A DNA stretch of 64,000 bases from contig OY760907.1 of assembly GCA_963664195.1 (NCBI GenBank), positions 2,304,001-2,368,000 of the forward strand. The letters are read 5' to 3'. This DNA is from an uncultured candidate division Zixibacteria bacterium (GTDB taxonomy: Bacteria; Zixibacteria; MSB-5A5; GN15; FEB-12). Of the stretch, positions 59,318 to 64,000 are shown one piece after another. The translations under genes were made by a program, and so were the position numbers. The notes under the pieces are model-generated. The model had not been told where the DNA came from. It worked only from the letters and a program-made list of their open reading frames with translations, and did not search any database. Every line of letters starts with the position of its first letter. Position 1 is the first letter of the stretch.

Positions 59318-60103
59318 TCAAGCCCGGTTGATCTTCCGGCGGATAATCTTTGAAGTAATCTCATTTTGCAGTAGAGCTACCAGGACTCGGTTCTTCAATC
59401 CAGGGATGCTAATGACTTTGTTTTTCCGAATGTCCCCCAGCGACTTCTCCACTACAGCCTCAGAAGACATCCAGAGCGCTTTAGGAACCTGATCCCGAGT
59501 GAAGCCCTCCAGCTCTGGAGAGTCGTGGAACTCGGTGTAGGTGAAGCCGGGACACAGCGCCTGAATTCGTACTCCGGTATCTCTCAATTCAGCGTGGAGT
59601 GCTTCGGAAAAGCAATTGAGATATGCTTTGGTGGAGGCATACGTGACCGAGCCAGACGAAGGCAGGAAGCCGGAGATTGAGGAGACGTTGATTATGTCAC
59701 CACGCTTGCGACTAATCATTCCTGGCAAGGCTGCGTGCGTGAGTTGAACGCTGGCGGTGACATGCACGTTGATCATATCCAACTGGCGAGCAATGTCGCT
59801 ATCGGCAAAGAGCCCCGCTGTCCCGAACCCGGCGTTGTTGACCAGCATGGTGAGACTGCCTAGGCTCCTGATCTGGTTTGCGAGTGCGCCGACATCCTTG
59901 GATACAGCCAGATCCGCGCATATAGTCGTCGCCTTGACTCCGTGCCTGATCTCAAGCTCGCTCGCCAGCGCCTTCAGGCGGTCCTCGCGACGGGCAGTCA
60001 GTAGGAGGTCATACCCCATCGCAGCCAGTTTTCGGGCGAAAGTGGTGCCGATGCCGGCCGACGCGCCCGTGATCAACGCGGTGCCCATGTTCTCGATTGT
60101 CAC
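59318..60103 (-). CDS. Short-chain dehydrogenase/reductase
   Basis: TGASAGIG, VNNAG, YASTK and LCPGF. Confidence 0.92.
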   Translation of the reverse strand: MTIENMGTALITGASAGIGTTFARKLAAMGYDLLLTARREDRLKALASELEIRHGVKATTICADLAVSKDVGALANQIRSLGSLTMLVNNAGFGTAGLFADSDIARQLDMINVHVTASVQLTHAALPGMISRKRGDIINVSSISGFLPSSGSVTYASTKAYLNCFSEALHAELRDTGVRIQALCPGFTYTEFHDSPELEGFTRDQVPKALWMSSEAVVEKSLGDIRKNKVISIPGLKNRVLVALLQNEITSKIIRRKINRA

Positions 60104-60309
60104 TGTTTACCCGCTCCTCTGTTTGCGTTCGGTTCTATCAGGATACCACGGCGCGGAACTTCCGGTCAAACTAAAACGTCCGATGAAGGGAAATCCAGAT
60201 GACGCGAGTTTTCACGTGGGGCCTCAGCGCTCCGAACAATCACTCCGGAATCTTGTTATGCCTAATGAGTGTAGTTTGTAAGGAAACGACCGAAGCTTCA
60301 CAAAGGAGC

Positions 60310-60338
60310 TTGCACTGAAGCCGATTGATCGCAATACT
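60310..60338 (+). promoter_or_regulatory. Candidate sigma70 promoter for the S9 peptidase
   Basis: TTGCAC-17 bp-AATACT. Confidence 0.35.
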
Positions 60339-60405
60339 GATAATTGTCTGCCGGACGCGGAGTGCGGGCAGACTTCAGCAGCGTGACTGATTATGGGTTT
60401 GAAGG

Positions 60406-62346
60406 GTGATTACCGTGACGAAGAGATTTCGACCGATCCGCATATTGACAGCGTTCACACTGGCACTTGTAGCAGCAAGCCTCTGGTCTTGTTCGACCAA
60501 AGAGGTCGAACTCATCCCCAGGGAGATTTTGTTTGGTAACCCGGTGAAGACCGAGCCGATGCTGTCGCCCGATGGCACGATGATCGCTTACCTTGCCCCG
60601 GTCAAGAATGTGATGAATGTCTGGGTGCGCAGTATCGACGAAAAAGACGCCCATCCCATAACTCGCGACGCTGATCAGGGCATCGACAAGTACACCTGGG
60701 CACCCGATAACAAGCATCTTCTGTACATTCAGGACAACAACGGTAATGAGAACTGGCGCCTCTATGCCGCCAATCTCGAAACGGGGAAGGTTCGCGACCT
60801 CACGCCTTTCGAAGGCGTGGCAGCCGAGTTCGTGCATCTCGACTATTCCCATCCAAATGAGATTCTGGTCGCGCTCAACAGGGACGATCCGGGCGTTCAC
60901 GACGTCTATCGGCTGAATCTGGAGACGGGCGAGCTGACTCTGGATGCCAAGAATCCGGGCGGAGTGATGACCTGGATTGCGGACAAAGATTTCACGGTTC
61001 GTGCGGCGGAGGCGGCCAACGACAAAGCGGGCACCGACATCCTCGTTCGAGACTCCGGGAACGGCGAATGGCGGACTCTGCTCACCTGGGGACCTAATGA
61101 GGTCATGAGCGGTCACCCCGTGTCGTTCACGGCTGACGGGACCGGACTGTACCTTGTTGACGCGCGGGATTACAACACCGGGCGGCTGGTCAAGGTCGAT
61201 GTTGCTACCGGCGCGGTGGAAGTTATCGCGGGCGACCCGAATTACGATGTCTCAGCAGTGTTGGTGAACCCGAAGACCTGCGCCATAGAGGCTGTTCAGT
61301 ACGTTAAGGATCGGGTCGAAACGGCTGTACTGGATGAGGGCGTGCGAGAAGACATTGAGGCCATCAAGCGGCTGCATCGAGGGGACATGCACTTCCTCGG
61401 CAGTGATGCTTATAACAATACCTGGTTGATCGGATTCACCGTCGATAACGGACCGGTGCCCTATTATACGTTTGACCGCCTGACAAAGCAGGCAACCGAG
61501 CTGTTTGTGCGGCGACCTGAACTTGAGAAGTACACCATGGCCACCATGGAACCGATCTCGTACACCTCGCGCGACGGCCTGACCATTCACGGATACCTGA
61601 CCACGCCGCCGGGAATGAGCAGAAACAGGCTGCCGATGGTCCTGCTGGTTCACGGTGGACCGTGGGCACGCGACAAATGGGGAATCAACAATGTGACCCA
61701 GTGGCTGGCCAACCGTGGCTATGCCGTTCTGCAGGTAAATTACCGGGGGTCGTCGGGGTACGGCAAAGACTTTGTCAATGCCGGTAACCGTGAGTGGGGG
61801 CGAAAAGTGCACTACGACCTTATTGACGGCGTCAACTGGGCTATCAAGGAGGGTATAGCCAACCCCGGGAAGATTGCGATTTTCGGACACTCGTTTGGCG
61901 GTTATGCCGCCCTGTGTGGGGCCGCTTTCTCTCCCGACGTCTTCCGCTGCTGCGTGGCGATTTCCGGCCTGAGTGATCTGGGTGCGTGGATCAAGTCGCA
62001 GCCGCCGTACTGGTCCACCTGGCGTGAAATAATGTATGCCCGGTTCGGCAATCCCGAAACCGAAGAAATGTTCCTCAAATCACAGTCGCCGCTGTATAAG
62101 GCCGACCAGATCAGGATTCCGGTGCTCATAGCCCAGGGTGCCAACTCAGTGCGAATTCCACGCTCACAATCTGATCGGGTGGTGGATGTCCTCAAGAGGA
62201 ACAACGTCGAGCATACCTACCTTCTGTTTGAGGATGAGGGACACTACATATCTCGTCCCCAGAACCGGATGGAGCTGTATGCTGAGGCGGAAGGGTTTCT
62301 TGCCAAACACCTTGGGGGACGTCTCGAGGGCGAACCTGCCCGCTAA
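60406..62346 (+). CDS. S9-family (acylaminoacyl/dipeptidyl peptidase-like) lipoprotein
   Basis: Lipobox-like LWSC, LIPREILFGNP, propeller, VHGGPW, NYRGSSGYG, GHSFGG and DEGH. The catalytic Asp site reads QGANSVR. Confidence 0.9.
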   Translation: MITVTKRFRPIRILTAFTLALVAASLWSCSTKEVELIPREILFGNPVKTEPMLSPDGTMIAYLAPVKNVMNVWVRSIDEKDAHPITRDADQGIDKYTWAPDNKHLLYIQDNNGNENWRLYAANLETGKVRDLTPFEGVAAEFVHLDYSHPNEILVALNRDDPGVHDVYRLNLETGELTLDAKNPGGVMTWIADKDFTVRAAEAANDKAGTDILVRDSGNGEWRTLLTWGPNEVMSGHPVSFTADGTGLYLVDARDYNTGRLVKVDVATGAVEVIAGDPNYDVSAVLVNPKTCAIEAVQYVKDRVETAVLDEGVREDIEAIKRLHRGDMHFLGSDAYNNTWLIGFTVDNGPVPYYTFDRLTKQATELFVRRPELEKYTMATMEPISYTSRDGLTIHGYLTTPPGMSRNRLPMVLLVHGGPWARDKWGINNVTQWLANRGYAVLQVNYRGSSGYGKDFVNAGNREWGRKVHYDLIDGVNWAIKEGIANPGKIAIFGHSFGGYAALCGAAFSPDVFRCCVAISGLSDLGAWIKSQPPYWSTWREIMYARFGNPETEEMFLKSQSPLYKADQIRIPVLIAQGANSVRIPRSQSDRVVDVLKRNNVEHTYLLFEDEGHYISRPQNRMELYAEAEGFLAKHLGGRLEGEPAR

Positions 62347-62409
62347 GACTCTACAGATGCGGCACCATTTTTAATTGCATCGTATCTCCACATACCGTTA
62401 AATTCGAGC

Positions 62410-64000
62410 ATGAATGACCAGTTCATTGGAAACTACCGCGTAGTCGACAAAGTTGGTGCCGGAGGTATGGCCAGGGTGTATCTCGGGGTGCACAAGGATG
62501 TGGCTAATCTCAAGGTAGTCCTCAAGATACTTTCCGACCCCCGTCTCGTAGAACGATTCCGTCAGGAAGCCGACAAACTGGCCGTTCTTGACGGCCACCC
62601 GAATGTCTGCCGTATTAAGGACTTCTTCACCCACGGCAATGACACGGTGATCGCCATGGAGTATATTGTAGGGCAGTCGGTGGAGGAGCGTCTCAAGACG
62701 GACGGGCGGATTCCCATCGATGAGTCGGTGAAGATTGTCAGCGATGTTCTGGACGTTCTTCATTTCGCCCACGGGAACGGCATCTATCATCGAGATATCA
62801 AGCCCAGCAATATCATGATCGACAAGTCCGGGCAGGTGAAAGTCATCGACTTCGGCATCGCCAAGAGTGAAAGTGATCCGAACCTGACCACTGCCGGGGC
62901 GATGTGTGGCACGCCGTTGTATATGGCCCCGGAGCAATTCACACAGACCGCCGGCACCGACTATGCCAAGGTCGACATATACGCTGCCGGAACGACGCTC
63001 TACCATATGCTTACGGGCGAACTGCCGTTCAAGGGAGACAACGAGTTTATCCTTCGCGATGCCAAACTCGCTACTGACCCGCCGTTGCCCAGGTCGATCA
63101 ATCCCGGCATTTCCAAGGCGCTTGAGAATATCATCCTGAAGTCAATAGACCGCGACCCGGAGAACCGCTTCAGCTCACCTGCCGCCATGCGGCGCGACCT
63201 GATGGCAATGCTGTCGAATGACGCCACTCCGCAGGAACAGACCCGTGAAGTCTCGGTTGGGCCGAACAGTCCGTCCTCCGGTCTGCCGGCGAAGAAGGTT
63301 GCGATGGGGGTTGTGGGCGTATTGGCTTTGGCGGTGATCGCGTTCGTGATCATGAAATTCATCGGCGGAGAACCGGATGCCCCCGGGCTGCGACTGCTTG
63401 CTCCCGCCGACGGTCGGGTATTTACCGAGACAAATCATCCGACGCTTTCCTGGCAGGATGTGGTCGGTCAGGGCGGCAGCTATATTCTTGAGTACGCCGG
63501 TGACTCTGCCTTTTCCGGCGCTCGCACGTTGACCGGACTGTCCGGGGGAAACCACACTTTTGTCGACGCACTTGATCCCGGATCGTACTACTGGCGTGTA
63601 TACCCTGTAGGTGGTGACGGTCGTATTGGTGAGAAGTCGGCCCTGTCGTCATTCACAATCGATCTTGCCGCACCGGTTGTCGTTACGGGAATTCTCGCGA
63701 TTGATGTGAGTCCGTCGGGGGATATCTTCTTTGACGATGATGAGGTTGCTTCGAATGCGGACGGGTTCTCAGGGGAAGTTGACACCGGGCAGCACGTCAT
63801 CAAGATTGAAAACAGCCGCTCCCGTCAGAAGCGGTATGTTGATACCGTCACAGTGGCGGGGGGCGAGACTGTGCGGCGGGAGTATGCGTTTACCTTTCCG
63901 CAGGCCAGGGTTGAACAGAAATTCGGTGAGGCGCGCGTGGGGTCACGTCCCCGGGGCGCCAGCGTGTATATAGACGGCGAACTGCAGCCGCAGAAGACGA
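62410..64000 (+). CDS. Membrane Hanks-type Ser/Thr protein kinase with extracellular Fn3-like and PEGA-like domains (3' end outside the window; absent from the ORF track)
   Basis: Manual translation: MNDQFIGNYRVVDKVGAGGMARVY, VVLK, HRDIKPSN, DFG, YMAPE; TM VAMGVVGVLALAVIAFVIM; YYWRV; SRPRGASVYIDG. The segments I translated, including the whole 3' part to the window end, are in one frame with no stop. Confidence 0.93.
   Translation, partial: MNDQFIGNYRVVDKVGAGGMARVYLGVHKDVANLKVVLKILSDPRLVERFRQEADKLAVLDGHPNVCRIKDFFTHGNDTVIAMEYIVGQSVEERLKTDGRIPIDESVKIVSDVLDVLHFAHGNGIYHRDIKPSNIMIDKSGQVKVIDFGIAKSESDPNLTTAGAMCGTPLYMAPEQFTQTAGTDYAKVDIYAAGTTLYHMLTGELPFKGDNEFILRDAKLATDPPLPRSINPGISKALENIILKSIDRDPENRFSSPAAMRRDLMAMLSNDATPQEQTREVSVGPNSPSSGLPAKKVAMGVVGVLALAVIAFVIMKFIGGEPDAPGLRLLAPADGRVFTETNHPTLSWQDVVGQGGSYILEYAGDSAFSGARTLTGLSGGNHTFVDALDPGSYYWRVYPVGGDGRIGEKSALSSFTIDLAAPVVVTGILAIDVSPSGDIFFDDDEVASNADGFSGEVDTGQHVIKIENSRSRQKRYVDTVTVAGGETVRREYAFTFPQARVEQKFGEARVGSRPRGASVYIDGELQPQKT

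Overview
Bacterial chromosomal segment with no rRNA, intact tRNA, CRISPR array, integrase or transposase that I can detect. It is probably from a diderm FCB-related lineage; the Cys-bracketed dockerin-like tails and the FlgD/T9SS-like C-terminal domain suggest Zixibacteria (inference). (1) Bases 1-27.3 kb are a dense + strand signal-transduction cluster: HDOD, REC-HD-GYP, three multi-PAS hybrid kinases, an output-less PocR/PAS/GAF sensor, a TonB-dependent receptor pair followed by YfiR and a HAMP kinase, a REC-PAS-GAF-LuxR regulator, a Cys-rich PAS protein, an MCP with two CZB domains and a frameshifted cheW. About 22.4 kb of it lies between two copies of a 61-bp direct repeat (60/61 identical), and it shows local duplication and domain swapping. 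(2) Bases 27.6-51 kb encode mostly secreted or surface proteins: an ankyrin/PD40/FG-GAP protein, a LamG/Ig protein with a T9SS-like tail, a frameshifted gingipain-like C25 protease, a papain-like C1A protease, an active/inactive DUF3857 transglutaminase-like pair, DUF1028 and a membrane SAM-dependent transferase. The two proteases end in a 79%-identical dockerin-like domain, and the C1A enzyme also has a cohesin-like module. (3) Bases 51-64 kb are mostly housekeeping genes: tex, DEAD-box helicase, DMT transporter, cysK-cysE, SDR, S9 peptidase and a membrane Ser/Thr kinase that runs off the end. The best candidate for a new system is a cohesin/dockerin-organised extracellular protease assembly. 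Domain calls come from recognising motifs by eye, not from database searches.
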